Source: an uncultured delta proteobacterium
GTDB taxonomy: Bacteria; Myxococcota_A; UBA9160; SMWR01
Length of the DNA: 64,000 nucleotides
Direction: 5' to 3'
Assembly (NCBI GenBank): GCA_963832165.1
Contig: CAWHTE010000001.1
Location: forward strand, 224,001-288,000
Part shown: positions 16,930 to 27,850 of the stretch, piece by piece
How the letters are laid out: each line of letters opens with the position of its first letter
Numbering within the stretch: the first letter of the stretch is position 1
Program-made: the position numbers and the translations under genes
The notes under the pieces: generated by a model
What the model was told of the DNA's origin: nothing
The model's database searches: none
What the model saw: only the letters and a program-made list of their open reading frames with translations

Positions 16930-17532
16930 CTACTCGCTCGGAGCGGATTCCTCGTCGGTCTTGCGCGGCCGCTCGTCTTCTTCCTCGTCGTCATCGTCGT
17001 CGTCTTCGTCGCGGCGGCGCCGGCGCCGCCGATCGTCGACCTCTTCCTCGGGCGCCTCCTCGTCCTCGGGGGACGGTCCGCCCTCGGCCACGACGTTGAC
17101 CGTGACCTGCGCGATCAGCTCGCGCAGCAGCTTCACGGACACTTTGTGTTCGCCGACTTCCTTGATCGGATCGCGCAGATCGATCCGGCGCCGATCGATG
17201 TCGAGACCCGCGGCCGCGATCTTCTCCGCGATCTGCGCCGTGGTCACGGATCCAAACAGCTTTCCGCTTTCGCCCGCGCGCGCGCCCACCTCGATCCGGA
17301 GCGCTTCGAGACGCGCCTTGACCGCCTGGAGGTCCTTGAGCTCGCGCGCAGCCTTCTCCTCCGCGATCCGCCGCTTGTGCTCGAACTCCGCCACGCGCGA
17401 CTCGGTCGCGAGCATGGCCTTGCCCTGGGGGAGCAGGAAGTTGCGAGCGAAGCCGGGCCGGACGCTCACGAGGTCGCCCGCCTCGCCGAGGCGGTGGATC
17501 GATTCCACGAGGATGAGTTTCACGTTCGCCAT
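16930..17532 (-). CDS. rplI: 50S ribosomal protein L9 with acidic/Arg tail
   Basis: GFARNFLLPQGKA and GKLFGSVT motifs. Confidence 0.97.
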   Translation of the reverse strand: MANVKLILVESIHRLGEAGDLVSVRPGFARNFLLPQGKAMLATESRVAEFEHKRRIAEEKAARELKDLQAVKARLEALRIEVGARAGESGKLFGSVTTAQIAEKIAAAGLDIDRRRIDLRDPIKEVGEHKVSVKLLRELIAQVTVNVVAEGGPSPEDEEAPEEEVDDRRRRRRRDEDDDDDDEEEDERPRKTDEESAPSE

Positions 17533-17535
17533 CGC

Positions 17536-18057
17536 CTACTCCCGATCCTCGTCGTCGTCGCGATCGCGCCGGACGCGATCCCGCTCGCGATCGTCCTCGT
17601 CCACGTCCAGGTCCACGTCCTCGTCGTCGTCGCGGTCGCCCACCGCCGTCGCCTCTTCGGCCATGCGCGCGGCGTCCTCGGCGTCGCGCACGGCTTTCTC
17701 GGCCGCGCGCTTCTTGCGGTCTTCCTCGAGCGCGACGGCCTCGGTGCGGCGCGCCTCGACGTCCGTGACCGCGTCGTTCGCGAGCACGGTCAGGAAGCGC
17801 AGGATCGAGTCGTCGAGCCGCGCAGAGCGCTCGAGCTCCGGTATCACCTTGCCGTCCGAGAGGAAGTGGAGGACCTGGTAGTGGCCCTTCTGGAAGTTCC
17901 GGATCTCGTAGGCGAGGCGCCGGCGGCCCCAATCTTCGTAGAAGAGCTTCTCGGAGTTGTGGCTGGCGAGAATGCCCTCGAAGCGCTGCGAGATCGCCTG
18001 GACGCCTTCGTCCGTGATCTCCGGCTGAACGACGAACGTAAACTCGTATTCGCGCAA
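17536..18057 (-). CDS. rpsF: 30S ribosomal protein S6 with long acidic tail
   Basis: MREYEFTFVVQP...WGRRRLAYEI...GHY. Confidence 0.96.
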   Translation of the reverse strand: MREYEFTFVVQPEITDEGVQAISQRFEGILASHNSEKLFYEDWGRRRLAYEIRNFQKGHYQVLHFLSDGKVIPELERSARLDDSILRFLTVLANDAVTDVEARRTEAVALEEDRKKRAAEKAVRDAEDAARMAEEATAVGDRDDDEDVDLDVDEDDRERDRVRRDRDDDEDRE

Positions 18058-18159
18058 GATCCCTCCTGGACGGGCCCCGTTCGGGGTGCCGGGCCCGCGC
18101 GCGGCGGGCCGAGGAATGGGCGGCCCAGGGGGCCGCTCGTGGGGGCGCTACCGGTAGCA

Positions 18160-18726
18160 CTACCGGGCGGCTGAAACCAGCGCGGCGTGGACGCGGGAGT
18201 CGTCCGTGAGCTCGGGGTGGAACGTCGTGGCCCAGACCTTTCCCTGGCGCACGGCGACCGGCCAGCCGTCGTGGCGCGCGAGGACCTCCACGTCCGGGCC
18301 GGGACGGCGCAGCCGGGGCGCTCGGATGAACACGCAGCGCATGCCGGCCCAGGGGCCGGCCTCCGCGGGCGCCGCGAACGAGTCCACCTGGGTGCCGTAG
18401 GCATTGCGGATCGCGATCACGTCGAGGAGGCCCAGGCTGCGCACGGCGTGATTCTCCACCTCGCGCGCGAGCAGGATCGCGCCCGCGCACGTGCCTAGCA
18501 CCGGGCGCCCCGCGCGCGCGAACGCCTCGATCGGCTCGTAGAGCGCGAGCCGATCGAGGCCCTTCGAGATCGTGGTGCTCTCGCCGCCGGGCAGGATCAG
18601 CGCGTCGAGCCCGTCGAGCTCCTTCGCGCGCCGCACCGCGATCGCTTCGGCGCCCAGGCGCTCGACCGCTTTCGCGTGCGCGTCGACGTCGCCCTGGATC
18701 GCGAGAATTCCCACCCGGGTCGTCAC
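18160..18726 (-). CDS. pdxT: PLP synthase glutaminase subunit
   Basis: LAIQGD, PGGEST, GTCAG, FIRAP and FHPEL motifs. Confidence 0.96.
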   Translation of the reverse strand: MTTRVGILAIQGDVDAHAKAVERLGAEAIAVRRAKELDGLDALILPGGESTTISKGLDRLALYEPIEAFARAGRPVLGTCAGAILLAREVENHAVRSLGLLDVIAIRNAYGTQVDSFAAPAEAGPWAGMRCVFIRAPRLRRPGPDVEVLARHDGWPVAVRQGKVWATTFHPELTDDSRVHAALVSAAR

Positions 18727-18731
18727 GACGG

Positions 18732-19646
18732 CTACCAACCTCGGTTCGCGAGCCGCTCGTGCTCCGCGAGCTTCTCCATCTCGATGCCGGGCATCGCGGC
18801 CGCGAGGCCGCGGCTCGCCGCGAGCACCTCTTCGGGGTCGCTCCAGTGCGTGGTCGCGCGCACGACTGCGCGCGCGCGCGCGGCGGGATCCTCGCTCTTG
18901 AAGATCCCCGAGCCCACGAACACGGCCTCGGCGCCGAGCGCCATGCACAGCGCCGCGTCGGCGGGCGTGGCGATCCCGCCCGCGGCGAAGTTCGGCACGG
19001 GCAGCTTCCCGTCGCGCGCCACCGCCTTCACGATCTCGTACGGAGCCTGGAGCTCCTTCGCTCGCGTTGCGACCTCTTCGGGGCGCAGCGCCGCGAGCGC
19101 GCGGATCTCGCCCGTCACCGCGCGCAGGTGGCGCACCGCCTCCACGATGTTGCCGCTGCCGGCCTCGCCCTTGGTGCGGATCATCGCGGCGCCCTCGCCG
19201 ATCCGGCGCAGCGCCTCGCCGAGGTTGCGCGCGCCGCACACGAACGGCGAGCGGAAGTCGTGCTTCGCGACGTGGTGCTCCTCGTCGGCCGGTGTCAGCA
19301 CTTCGCTCTCGTCGATGAAGTCGACGCCGAGCGACTCGAGCACGCGCGCCTCGAGGAAGTGCCCGATCCGCACCTTCGCCATCACCGGGATCGAGACGCA
19401 GCGCTGGATGCCCTCGATCACCTCGATGCTGCACATGCGCGCGACGCCGCCCTCCTTGCGGATGTCGGCCGGCACGCGCTCGAGCGCCATCACGGCCGCG
19501 GCGCCCGCCTCCTCGGCGATCTTCGCCTGATCCGGGTTGGTGACGTCCATGATCACGCCGCCCTTGAGCATCTCGGCCAGGCCGATCTTGATCTCGATCG
19601 ACTGCGCCCCGCGCCGTTCTCCGCCGTCTCCGTTGGTTTGGCTCAT
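18732..19646 (-). CDS. pdxS: PLP synthase lyase subunit
   Basis: [21 protein letters not shown] and [13 protein letters not shown] motifs. Confidence 0.98.
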   Translation of the reverse strand: MSQTNGDGGERRGAQSIEIKIGLAEMLKGGVIMDVTNPDQAKIAEEAGAAAVMALERVPADIRKEGGVARMCSIEVIEGIQRCVSIPVMAKVRIGHFLEARVLESLGVDFIDESEVLTPADEEHHVAKHDFRSPFVCGARNLGEALRRIGEGAAMIRTKGEAGSGNIVEAVRHLRAVTGEIRALAALRPEEVATRAKELQAPYEIVKAVARDGKLPVPNFAAGGIATPADAALCMALGAEAVFVGSGIFKSEDPAARARAVVRATTHWSDPEEVLAASRGLAAAMPGIEMEKLAEHERLANRGW

Positions 19647-19678
19647 CTCGTTTCTCCCTTTCTCCCTGTCTCGAAGGT

Positions 19679-21169
19679 TCAAACCGGAACGCGACCCGCC
19701 GCGGGCGCGCCGTTCGCGCGGTGCGCCGCGATCACGCGTGCGAGCACCTCGACGCCGCGCCGCAGCGCGTCCTCGTCCGCCATCGCGAACGCGAGCCGCA
19801 GCGCGTTCGACGGCCGGCCGTCGTGATAGAACTGCGAGCCCGGCGCGAATAGCACACCCGACGCGACCGCGTCCGCGAGCAGGTCGCGCGTGTCGACCGC
19901 GCCCGGCAGCTCGAGCCACACCTGGTAGCCGCCCTCGGGATCGGTCCAACGCGCGCCCTCGGGCATGTGCTGTGCGAGCGCTTCGAGCAGCGCGTCGCGC
20001 CGACCGCGCAGCACGCGGCGCAGCCGCGAGAGATGGCGGTCGTACTCGCCGCTCCCGACGAACTCCGCGAGCGCGGCCTGGATCGGCAGCGCGTCGGAGA
20101 GATCGCTCGCGTGTTTGAGCGCGAGCACGGCCTCGCGCAGCCGGCCGCGCGCGGTCACGGCGCCTACGCGCGCGCCCGGAAACAGCGACTTCGAGAACGA
20201 GAACAGGTGCACGACGAGGCCGCTCGTGTCGAGGCCCGCGAGCGGCGCGACGGGTGTGCCCGCGAAGCGCAGGTCCATCTCGTAGCCGTCCTCGATCACG
20301 GGCACGCCCGCGCGGCGAGCGATTTCGAGCAGCGCGCGGCGGTGCGCGAGATCGGTGGTGGTTCCGAGCGGGTTGTGGAAGGTCGGGATCGTGTAGAACG
20401 CCTTCACCTCGGGCCGCGCGAGCGTCTGTTCGAGCTGCGCGAGGTCGACGCCGCTGTCGCGCATCGGCACGGGCGCCGTGCGCAGCCCGAGCGCGATCGC
20501 TGCGCCGAGCACGTTGTTGTAGGTGGGCTCTTCGAGCGCCACGACGTCGCCGGGCGTGCAGAACAATCGCAGCGCGAGCGCGATCCCCTGGCTCGCGCCG
20601 TGACAGAGCACGAGCTCGTCGGGTCCGACGGGCATGGCGGCATCACTCATTCGCTGCGCGAGCACCTCGCGCAGCGTCGCGTCGCCCTGTGGGCTGCCGT
20701 AGATCAAGAGCTCGGGCCCGCCGCGCGCGAGCGCGCGGTTGAGCGCGCGCCGGAACGATTCGGCCGGATAGAGCGAGGGATCGGGAATCAGCGCGTGCAT
20801 TGCGACCGCGTCGCGCGCGCTGCCGAAGCGCGGCCGCGCGCGCTCGAACTCGAGCAGCCGCTCCACCACGGGCGAGAGCGCGGGTGCGAACGGCGCAGGC
20901 GCCCCGTACGTGGGCGCCTGCTCACTCTCGGCCACGAACGTGCCGCGGCCGACCGCCGACTCGATCACGCCGTCGGCCGCGAGCGCCTCGTACGCGGTCG
21001 CCACGGTGTCGCGGTGCACGCCGAGCTCGCGCGCGAGGTCGCGGATCGCGGGCAGCCGCGCGCCCGACCCGAGGCCGTTGCGCGCGATCGCGGCGCGTAC
21101 TGCCTCGGCGATCTGCAGGTAGACCGGGCGTCCGCCGGCCTCTTGCTGCCGATTCCACTCGATCTGCAT
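19679..21169 (-). CDS. MocR/GabR-family (GntR HTH plus aminotransferase) regulator, probable PdxR
   Basis: PVYLQIA...[16 protein letters not shown] and [12 protein letters not shown]-Lys motif; directly upstream of pdxST. Confidence 0.9.
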   Translation of the reverse strand: MQIEWNRQQEAGGRPVYLQIAEAVRAAIARNGLGSGARLPAIRDLARELGVHRDTVATAYEALAADGVIESAVGRGTFVAESEQAPTYGAPAPFAPALSPVVERLLEFERARPRFGSARDAVAMHALIPDPSLYPAESFRRALNRALARGGPELLIYGSPQGDATLREVLAQRMSDAAMPVGPDELVLCHGASQGIALALRLFCTPGDVVALEEPTYNNVLGAAIALGLRTAPVPMRDSGVDLAQLEQTLARPEVKAFYTIPTFHNPLGTTTDLAHRRALLEIARRAGVPVIEDGYEMDLRFAGTPVAPLAGLDTSGLVVHLFSFSKSLFPGARVGAVTARGRLREAVLALKHASDLSDALPIQAALAEFVGSGEYDRHLSRLRRVLRGRRDALLEALAQHMPEGARWTDPEGGYQVWLELPGAVDTRDLLADAVASGVLFAPGSQFYHDGRPSNALRLAFAMADEDALRRGVEVLARVIAAHRANGAPAAGRVPV

Positions 21170-21176
21170 GGATCGG

Positions 21177-21206
21177 AACGTACAAGCCGACCAAATAGCC
21201 TGTCAA
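21177..21206 (-). promoter_or_regulatory. sigma70-like promoter, probably leaderless transcript
   Basis: TTGACA-N18-TACGTT followed 7 nt later by ATG; no SD sequence. Confidence 0.55.
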
Positions 21207-21234
21207 TCCGACAATAATCGGAATTTTTTCGCGA

Positions 21235-22458
21235 TCAATGAGCATTTTGACCGGACAATTTGTCCGGCCAGAGCCGTGCGATCGCCACAGCGATGAGCCC
21301 GACGCCGCCCGAGAGCAGCGCGCCCATCTTCGCCTGACCGAGCACGACCGGATCCTCGAACGCGGCCGAAGCCACGAACAGCGCGACGGTGAGCCCGAGC
21401 GCGGCCAGGTAGCCCGCCATCCAGAGGTCGCGCCACGCCATCCGCTCGGGCAGCGGGAAGCCGAGCCGCACCGCGAGCCAGCCGAAGCCGGCAATGCCCG
21501 CGGTCTTGCCGATCACGAGCGATCCGAGCACGAGCCAGGTCATCGGGCCGACGTCACCGAGCGTCACGCCCGCCTGCGTGAACGCGAACCAGAACAGACC
21601 GAAGTCGACGAAGCGCTTGAGCTGGTGCTCGAACTGATGGAGCGGGGAGGGATCGGCTTCGTCCACGAACATTCCGGCGTCGCCGCGCGCGCTCGGCAAG
21701 AACGGCACGATGAACGCGAGCGAGAGCGCGGGGTGGAGCCGCGCGAGCGTGAGCCCGAGCCATGCGAGGGGTCCGCCGAGCGCCACGTAGGGGATCCAGC
21801 TGTTCACGCCGAGCCGGCGCAAGGCGAACGCGAGCGCCATCCCGACCAGCACGAGGCCGAGGAACACGGGTCGGGCGGGGTGCCCCGGATCGCCGTAGAA
21901 GAGCGCGATGATCGCGAGCCCGATGCCGTCGTCGACCACCGCGAGCAGCAGCAGAAAGTTGATCGCGGGGTGGCCGCGGCCGAACACCGTGCGCGCGGCG
22001 AGCCACGCCAGCGCGATGTCGGTGGCGGTGGGCACGCCCCAGCCGCGCGCCAGCGCGGCCCAGTCGTCGACTCCGCGCTCGTAGACGCCGAGCGCGAACA
22101 GCAGCTCGAGCCCCGCGAAGAACGCCGCGACCGGGCCGAGCACGCCGCCGATCGTCGCGATCAGCGGATTCATCGCCTTCGCGGGCGGATTCAAGTCGCC
22201 GCCGGGAAGGCAGGCCTCGGTGATCTCCTTGGCCGCGATTGCGAAGAAGAACACCATGAAGATGTCGTTGACCAGGTAGTGCAGGTCGAGCGCATGCCCG
22301 AACAGCGCGAGATCTCCGAACGGGCGCCAGTGCACGATGCGCTCGTAGCCGTCGGGATCGATGTTCGCGGCCAGCATCGCGGCCGCGATGCCCGCGAGCA
22401 GCGGGACCGAGAACTCCTGGAGCAGGTCGACGATGCCTGTGCGCGGCGGACGGCTCAT
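21235..22458 (-). CDS. nhaA: Na+/H+ antiporter NhaA
   Basis: VNDIFM, GWGVPTATDIA and LAVVDD motifs. Confidence 0.93.
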   Translation of the reverse strand: MSRPPRTGIVDLLQEFSVPLLAGIAAAMLAANIDPDGYERIVHWRPFGDLALFGHALDLHYLVNDIFMVFFFAIAAKEITEACLPGGDLNPPAKAMNPLIATIGGVLGPVAAFFAGLELLFALGVYERGVDDWAALARGWGVPTATDIALAWLAARTVFGRGHPAINFLLLLAVVDDGIGLAIIALFYGDPGHPARPVFLGLVLVGMALAFALRRLGVNSWIPYVALGGPLAWLGLTLARLHPALSLAFIVPFLPSARGDAGMFVDEADPSPLHQFEHQLKRFVDFGLFWFAFTQAGVTLGDVGPMTWLVLGSLVIGKTAGIAGFGWLAVRLGFPLPERMAWRDLWMAGYLAALGLTVALFVASAAFEDPVVLGQAKMGALLSGGVGLIAVAIARLWPDKLSGQNAH

Positions 22459-23073
22459 GACGACGCCAAACTATCGTCGGGGTCGCGATCGGGGTCGCGA
22501 TTGAACTCGTTCATCGCGGCGGCGACGCCGTGCCGCAGCGCGGCCTCGAGTGCGCGCGCGGCGCGATCGATGTGCTCGGGCAGCACCGACTGCTCGCCAG
22601 CTGAGAACGGCTCGAGCACGTAGTCGGCGGTCTCCTGTTCTTGCGCGGGCCGACCCACCCCGAAGCGCAGCCGCGCGAAGTCGCTCCGCTCGAGCCGCAG
22701 GGTCACATCGGCGAGGCCGCGGTGGCCGCCCGCGCCGCCCGCCGGGCGCAGGCGCAGCCGGCCGAACGGCAGGTCGACGTCGTCGAACACCACCAGGAGA
22801 TCGCCCGCGACGTCGTCGACGCCGAGCTCCGCGACCGCTTGCGCGACCGCTTCGCCCGAGCGGTTCATGAACGTCTCGGGCGCGAGCAGCGCCACGGCGA
22901 TCCGCGGCTCCGGGCCCGCGAAGCCAGCCGGTGCCGAAGCGCGAGCCGAAGCGGCGCGCGTCGAGCGTGATCCCGTGCTCGCGCGCGAAGCGCTCGAGCA
23001 CGCGCACCCCCACGTTGTGCCGGGTGTCGGCGTAGCGCGGCCCCGGGTTGCCGAGGCCGACCACCAGCTTCAC
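22455..23073 (-). CDS. pth: peptidyl-tRNA hydrolase, frameshift near 22900
   Basis: VGLGNPG..Y..TRHNVG in one frame; PETFMNRSG and GGHRGL in the next. Confidence 0.92.
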
Positions 23074-23088
23074 GCCGCGAGATCCGGC

Positions 23089-23766
23089 CTACTCGCCCTC
23101 GGACTCCTCGGCACCCTCGGCGGGCGCAGCCCCTTCCGCGGGCGCGGCACCTTCCTCGCCCTCCACGGCCACCGTCTCGGCCACCACCGCCTCTTCTTCC
23201 TTCGCGGGCAGCACGACCGAGACCACCGAGAGATCCGGATCCGAGACGAGCTCGACGCCCTGGGGCAGTGCGATGTCGCGCACGTGGATCGAGTCGCCGA
23301 CCTGGAGCTCACCGACCTCGATCGGGAGCTCTTCCGGGATCGCGCGCGGCAGGCATAGCACCTCGATCTCGCGCAGCGGGAAGTCGAGGATACCGCCGCC
23401 GAACGTCACGCCGAGCGGCGTACCGACGATCCGCACCGGCACCTTCACCTCGATCGGCTTGTCGACGTCGAGCGCGTAGAGGTCCGCGTGCAGGAGTGAG
23501 TGCGTCACGGGGTCGCGCTGCAGCTCCTTCACGAGCACGACCTTGCCGTCGAGCCCGCCGCCCTGGAGATCGATCAGCGTGTTCATGCCGGCCGAGCTCT
23601 TGCGCAGCAGGCGGTCGAGCAGCTTCGGGTCGAGCTCGATCGCGGTGGCGGCCGCGCCCGGTGCGTAGCAGACGGCCGGGATCCGGCCGGCCGCGCGCAG
23701 CTTGCGCGCATATCCCTTGCCGCTTCCCACGCGCGATTCGACGGCGAGCTGATGTTCGGAAGGCAC
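23089..23766 (-). CDS. rplY: 50S ribosomal protein L25/Ctc
   Basis: RKLRAAGRIPAVCY, LQRDPV..LLHADLY and TL5-type C domain. Confidence 0.96.
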   Translation of the reverse strand: MPSEHQLAVESRVGSGKGYARKLRAAGRIPAVCYAPGAAATAIELDPKLLDRLLRKSSAGMNTLIDLQGGGLDGKVVLVKELQRDPVTHSLLHADLYALDVDKPIEVKVPVRIVGTPLGVTFGGGILDFPLREIEVLCLPRAIPEELPIEVGELQVGDSIHVRDIALPQGVELVSDPDLSVVSVVLPAKEEEAVVAETVAVEGEEGAAPAEGAAPAEGAEESEGE

Positions 23767-23778
23767 GGACAGGACCTC

Positions 23779-24720
23779 TCAGACGAAGAGAGAGCTCACG
23801 CTCTCTTCGTTGTTGATGCGTCGGATCGCCTCCGACAGCAGATGCGAGATACTGACGACGCGGATCTGCTCGCAGTCGTCGGCCTCGGGTCGAAGCGGCA
23901 CGGTATCGGTGATGACGAGCTCGGTCAGCGACGACTCGCGGATCCGCTTGACCGCGGGGCCCGAGAGCACCGGGTGCGTGATCGCGGCCGACACCACCGC
24001 GGCGCCGGCGTCCTTGAGCGCGTTGGCGGCCTCCGTGAGCGTGCCCGCCGTGTCGACGATGTCGTCGACGATCACGCAGGTGCGCCCCTGCACGTCGCCG
24101 ATGATGTTCATCACCTGCGAGACGTTGGCGGCCTCGCGGCGCTTGTCGATGATCGCGAGGCTCGCGTTGAGGCGCTTCGCGTAGGCGCGCGCGCGCTCCA
24201 CGCCGCCCGCGTCGGGCGAGATGATCGTGAGCGGCTGGCTGCCGTAGCGGTGGCGGATCGCGTCGAGCAGCACGGGCGTCGCGAAGAGATTGTCGACGGG
24301 GATGTCGAAGAAGCCCTGGATCTGGCCCGCGTGCAGGTCGATGCACAGGAGGCGGTCGGTGCCCGCGGTGGAGATCAGGTCGGCCACGAGCTTCGCGGAG
24401 ATCGGCAGCCGCGGGCGCACCTTGCGGTCCTGGCGCGCGTAGCCGTAGTAGGGGATCACCGCGGTGATCCGGCGCGCGGAGGATCGGCGCAGCGCGTCGA
24501 TCATGATCAGGAGTTCCATCAGGTGCGTGTTGGCCGGCTGGCACGTGGGCTGCAGCACGAAGCAGTCGCAGCCGCGCACGTTCTCCTGGATCTCCACGTT
24601 CACTTCGCCGTCGCTGAACGTCCCGACGTGCGCCTTGCCGATCTCGATGTCGAGGTACTGCGCGACGGCCGCGGAGAGCGCCGGGTTCGCGTTGCCCGTG
24701 AAGAGCTTCAGGAGGTTCAT
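23779..24720 (-). CDS. prs: ribose-phosphate pyrophosphokinase
   Basis: [21 protein letters not shown] and [10 protein letters not shown] motifs. Confidence 0.98.
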   Translation of the reverse strand: MNLLKLFTGNANPALSAAVAQYLDIEIGKAHVGTFSDGEVNVEIQENVRGCDCFVLQPTCQPANTHLMELLIMIDALRRSSARRITAVIPYYGYARQDRKVRPRLPISAKLVADLISTAGTDRLLCIDLHAGQIQGFFDIPVDNLFATPVLLDAIRHRYGSQPLTIISPDAGGVERARAYAKRLNASLAIIDKRREAANVSQVMNIIGDVQGRTCVIVDDIVDTAGTLTEAANALKDAGAAVVSAAITHPVLSGPAVKRIRESSLTELVITDTVPLRPEADDCEQIRVVSISHLLSEAIRRINNEESVSSLFV

Positions 24721-24766
24721 GCGGAGGGCCTCATCGGAACGGCGGGGGGGACACGATCGGACGAAG

Positions 24767-24842
24767 TGGCTGGGGCGGCAGGACTCGAACCTGCAGATGG
24801 CGGCTCCAAAGGCCGCTGCCTTACCAGTTTGGCGACGCCCCA
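24767..24842 (-). tRNA. tRNA-Gln(TTG)
   Basis: Cloverleaf TGGGGCG...CGCCCCA-G-CCA; anticodon loop CTTTGGA; GTTCGAG T-loop. Confidence 0.97.
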
Positions 24843-24908
24843 ACAGGGGTGCCCCGGCGGGCTCCGCGGCGCTACCGGGGCGCGGCTCGCTCCCCAGAGC
24901 GGCGGAGC

Positions 24909-25787
24909 TTATCGGGATTCCGCGGTGGCCGCGACCCGGGTCCAGCCCCTTCCCGCTACGGGAAAGCTCGCCGCGGCGCGCCCGGCCGCAGCGCGATCCG
25001 CGAATACGCCATAGATCGTTGCGCCGCTGCCGGACATGCCGACCGCGCGCGCGCCGGCCGCCGCGAGCTGCGCGCGCAGCCGCGCGATCGGCGGACACAG
25101 CCGCACCGCGGGCCCTTCGAGATCGTTGTGGAGCCGCGCCGCGAGCGCGCGGTCGTCGGCGAGCTCGCGCGCGAGGTCGCGCGGCGGCCCCGCACCCGGT
25201 TCGCGCGCTTTCGCGAGTGCGTCGAACGCGCGGAACACCTGCGCGGTGGCGAGCCCCTCGCCCGGATTCGCGAGCAGCAGCGCGAGCGAGGGCACACCCG
25301 CCACGGGCTCGCGCCGTTCGCCGATCCCGGTGACCCAGGCCGGGCGCGGATCGAGGAAGAACGGCACGTCGGCGCCCAGCGCCACCGCCAGCGCTTCCAG
25401 CGCCTCGGCCGACACCGCGCCCGGGAACGCCTGGGCGAGGCCGCGCAACACCGCGGCCGCATCGCTCGACCCGCCGCCGAGCCCCGCCGCCACGGGCGTG
25501 TGCTTGGTGAGTGCGATCGCCACGCGCGCGCGGACTCCGCTCTGCGCGAGGAACGCACGCGCGGCACGAACCGCGAGGTTGTCGTCGCCGGGCGGCGCGC
25601 CCGCGGCGTCGCCCGCGACCTCGAGCGAGATCTCCGACTCGCGCGCGGACTCGACCTGCAACGCGATCGCGTCGGCGAGATCGATCGGCACGAACAGGCT
25701 CTCGAGCTCGTGATAGCCGTCGGCGCGGCGACCTGTGATCCGTAGCCCGAGGTTCACCTTGGCCGGCGCGTCCAGCTTGATATCCAC
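24909..25787 (-). CDS. ispE: 4-diphosphocytidyl-2-C-methyl-D-erythritol kinase
   Basis: [23 protein letters not shown] and MSGSG motifs. Confidence 0.97.
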   Translation of the reverse strand: MDIKLDAPAKVNLGLRITGRRADGYHELESLFVPIDLADAIALQVESARESEISLEVAGDAAGAPPGDDNLAVRAARAFLAQSGVRARVAIALTKHTPVAAGLGGGSSDAAAVLRGLAQAFPGAVSAEALEALAVALGADVPFFLDPRPAWVTGIGERREPVAGVPSLALLLANPGEGLATAQVFRAFDALAKAREPGAGPPRDLARELADDRALAARLHNDLEGPAVRLCPPIARLRAQLAAAGARAVGMSGSGATIYGVFADRAAAGRAAASFPVAGRGWTRVAATAESR

Positions 25788-25827
25788 CTGATGGGCCTTC
25801 GCTCGCCTTCGGCTCGCTGCGCGCCGG

Positions 25828-26145
25828 CTACGCCGGCTTGCCTTCGCGCGCCTTCACGTAGCCCATGCGCAGCTCGTACAGAACGCTCTGCAGGAGCTTG
25901 GTCTCGTCCTCGCTGAGGTTGCCGCGCGTCTTGTTCTGGAGCATGTCGAGCGTGTCGATCGTCTGATGCGCGAGCGAAAGGTTCTTCTCGGGAATCGCGC
26001 CGCCCTCGGAATCGGGCACGAGGCCCATGTGGACCATCGCGGAGGTCGCGAGCGAGAGCACGAGCGTCGAGAAGTCGATCTGCGGCAGCGCGCGCTCGGC
26101 GTCGCCCGGCCTGGCTTCGGTGGGCTTGGGATCATCGGGCGTCAT
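25828..26145 (-). CDS. DUF1844 family protein
   Basis: DFSTLVLSL...AHQTIDTLDMLQNKTRGNL...LYELRM. Confidence 0.88.
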   Translation of the reverse strand: MTPDDPKPTEARPGDAERALPQIDFSTLVLSLATSAMVHMGLVPDSEGGAIPEKNLSLAHQTIDTLDMLQNKTRGNLSEDETKLLQSVLYELRMGYVKAREGKPA

Positions 26146-26758
26146 GGGGCTCCAGCTCCAGTTTGCCCTCGGCGGCGTCGAGGCGCGACATCTCGCGATA
26201 GGCCAGCGCGATCCGCTGGCCGGCCGTGATTGCGCTGCCGATCGCGATCACCCAGAGCGCCGCGACGAGCAGTCCGAACAGCGCGCCCGCGGCGAGGATC
26301 ACGACGCGCTCGGCGCGCTCGAGCAGGCCCACCTCGAAGTGGTCGAGCTCGAGCTCCGCGCGCGCCTTCGTGTACGAGACCAGCACCGTGGTGGCGAGCG
26401 CGAACCCCGCGAGTGCCACGTGCTGCGGCGCGCCTTCGCGCGCGTAGTGGACGCTGATGCCCACCAGCAGCACCACGTCGACCCAGCGGTCGAGCGTGGA
26501 GTCGAGGAATGCGCCGAAGCGGGTCGCGATGCCGCGATGCCGCGCGACCACGCCGTCGACGAGGTCGAAGAAGCCACCCGCGAGGATCAGGAGGCCACCT
26601 GCGATCGGCTCGCCCGACGCGAACGCGGCCGCCGCGCCCGTGGACACGGCCGCTCCCGTCACCGTGAGCGCGTTGGGATCGAGCTTCCGCCAGAACAGGA
26701 ATGGGAACAGCCGGCGGATCCAGACGTCGAGGTTCTTTCCGACCGTCGCCTTGATCAA
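26132..26758 (-). CDS. CDP-alcohol phosphatidyltransferase
   Basis: DLVDGVVAR...FGAFLDSTLD signature. Confidence 0.95.
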   Translation of the reverse strand: MIKATVGKNLDVWIRRLFPFLFWRKLDPNALTVTGAAVSTGAAAAFASGEPIAGGLLILAGGFFDLVDGVVARHRGIATRFGAFLDSTLDRWVDVVLLVGISVHYAREGAPQHVALAGFALATTVLVSYTKARAELELDHFEVGLLERAERVVILAAGALFGLLVAALWVIAIGSAITAGQRIALAYREMSRLDAAEGKLELEPHDAR

Positions 26759-26767
26759 GGGAGGCGT

Positions 26768-26962
26768 TTACGCGCCGGCTTCGGGCGTCTCTTCTGGAGC
26801 CCCGCGTTCCTCTTCGCCGCTCTCGGCGCCGAGCGTGGTCGCCTTGTTGGAGACGTCGGGCAGGTCCGCGAGCGCGCGTGCGCGCTCCGCTGCGGTCATC
26901 CAACCCCGCCGGCCCATCAGGCGGCGGTCGAGCCGAAGCTTCTCGAGCGATGCGCGGTTCAT
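26768..26962 (-). CDS. small hypothetical protein
   Basis: DRRL..RRGW...LADLPDVSNK; plausible co-oriented gene. Confidence 0.6.
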   Translation of the reverse strand: MNRASLEKLRLDRRLMGRRGWMTAAERARALADLPDVSNKATTLGAESGEEERGAPEETPEAGA

Positions 26963-27070
26963 GCCAGGAGTCCTCCGCAGAAGGGGGGCGAATCTAGCAG
27001 TCGCTCAGTGCGCTCGCATTGACGCTCACGCGGGGGGCCGATAGGTTGCGAGCCCTGCCCCGGGGGCCCA

Positions 27071-27850
27071 TTGCGCACCGTCCGAATCGCCGCCGCAGTG
27101 CTCGCGCTGTGCGCGATCGTGAGCTGCAAGACCGACGAGGCGCTGTTCGAGGAAGTGGCGCCGGCCGAGCAGCTCTGGGCCGAGGGCACCAAGCTGCTCG
27201 AGGGCCGCGAGATCCTCTGGGTCTACAAGTACGTCGACTACGAAGAGGCGATCGCGAAGTTCCAGGCGATCGTCGACAACTATCCCAACAGCGACTTCGC
27301 GATCCGCTCCGAGCTCGCGATCGCCGACGCCTACTTCGGCAACGAGAAGTACGAGGAGGCGCTCTCCTACTACCGCGACTTCTCCGATCTGCACCCGCAG
27401 CACGAGAAGGTGCCGTACACACTCTGGCAGGCTGCGCTGTGCCACGAGCGGCGCGCGCTCATGCCGGCGCGCGACCAGGCCGCGACGCGCGACGCGATCG
27501 TGTTCCTCGACCGGCTGCTGCTCAAGCACGCGCATTCGGGCTACGCCCAGCGCGCCGAGGAACTGTGGCGCGAGCTCCAGACGAAGCTCGCCACCAACGT
27601 CGAGGGCATCGCCGACTTCTACTACTCCCGCGGCGAGTTCGAGGCCGCATCGGAGCGCTATCGAGCGCTGCTCAACGAGTATCCGGGTCTCGGCTTCGAC
27701 GCGCGCGTCCTGTTCAAGCTCGGCGAGTGCTATGCGGAGCTCCAGCGCACCGACGAGGCCGATCGGATCTTCCGCACCCTCGTCGCACACTACGCCGACA
27801 GCGAGTTCGCGACGCGCGCGCGCGAGCAGCTCGCGACCAACCTGCCGTGA
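27071..27850 (+). CDS. bamD: outer-membrane assembly lipoprotein BamD
   Basis: Lipobox IVSC, TPR repeats, F..LHPQH and RDQAAT pattern. Confidence 0.88.
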   Translation: MRTVRIAAAVLALCAIVSCKTDEALFEEVAPAEQLWAEGTKLLEGREILWVYKYVDYEEAIAKFQAIVDNYPNSDFAIRSELAIADAYFGNEKYEEALSYYRDFSDLHPQHEKVPYTLWQAALCHERRALMPARDQAATRDAIVFLDRLLLKHAHSGYAQRAEELWRELQTKLATNVEGIADFYYSRGEFEAASERYRALLNEYPGLGFDARVLFKLGECYAELQRTDEADRIFRTLVAHYADSEFATRAREQLATNLP

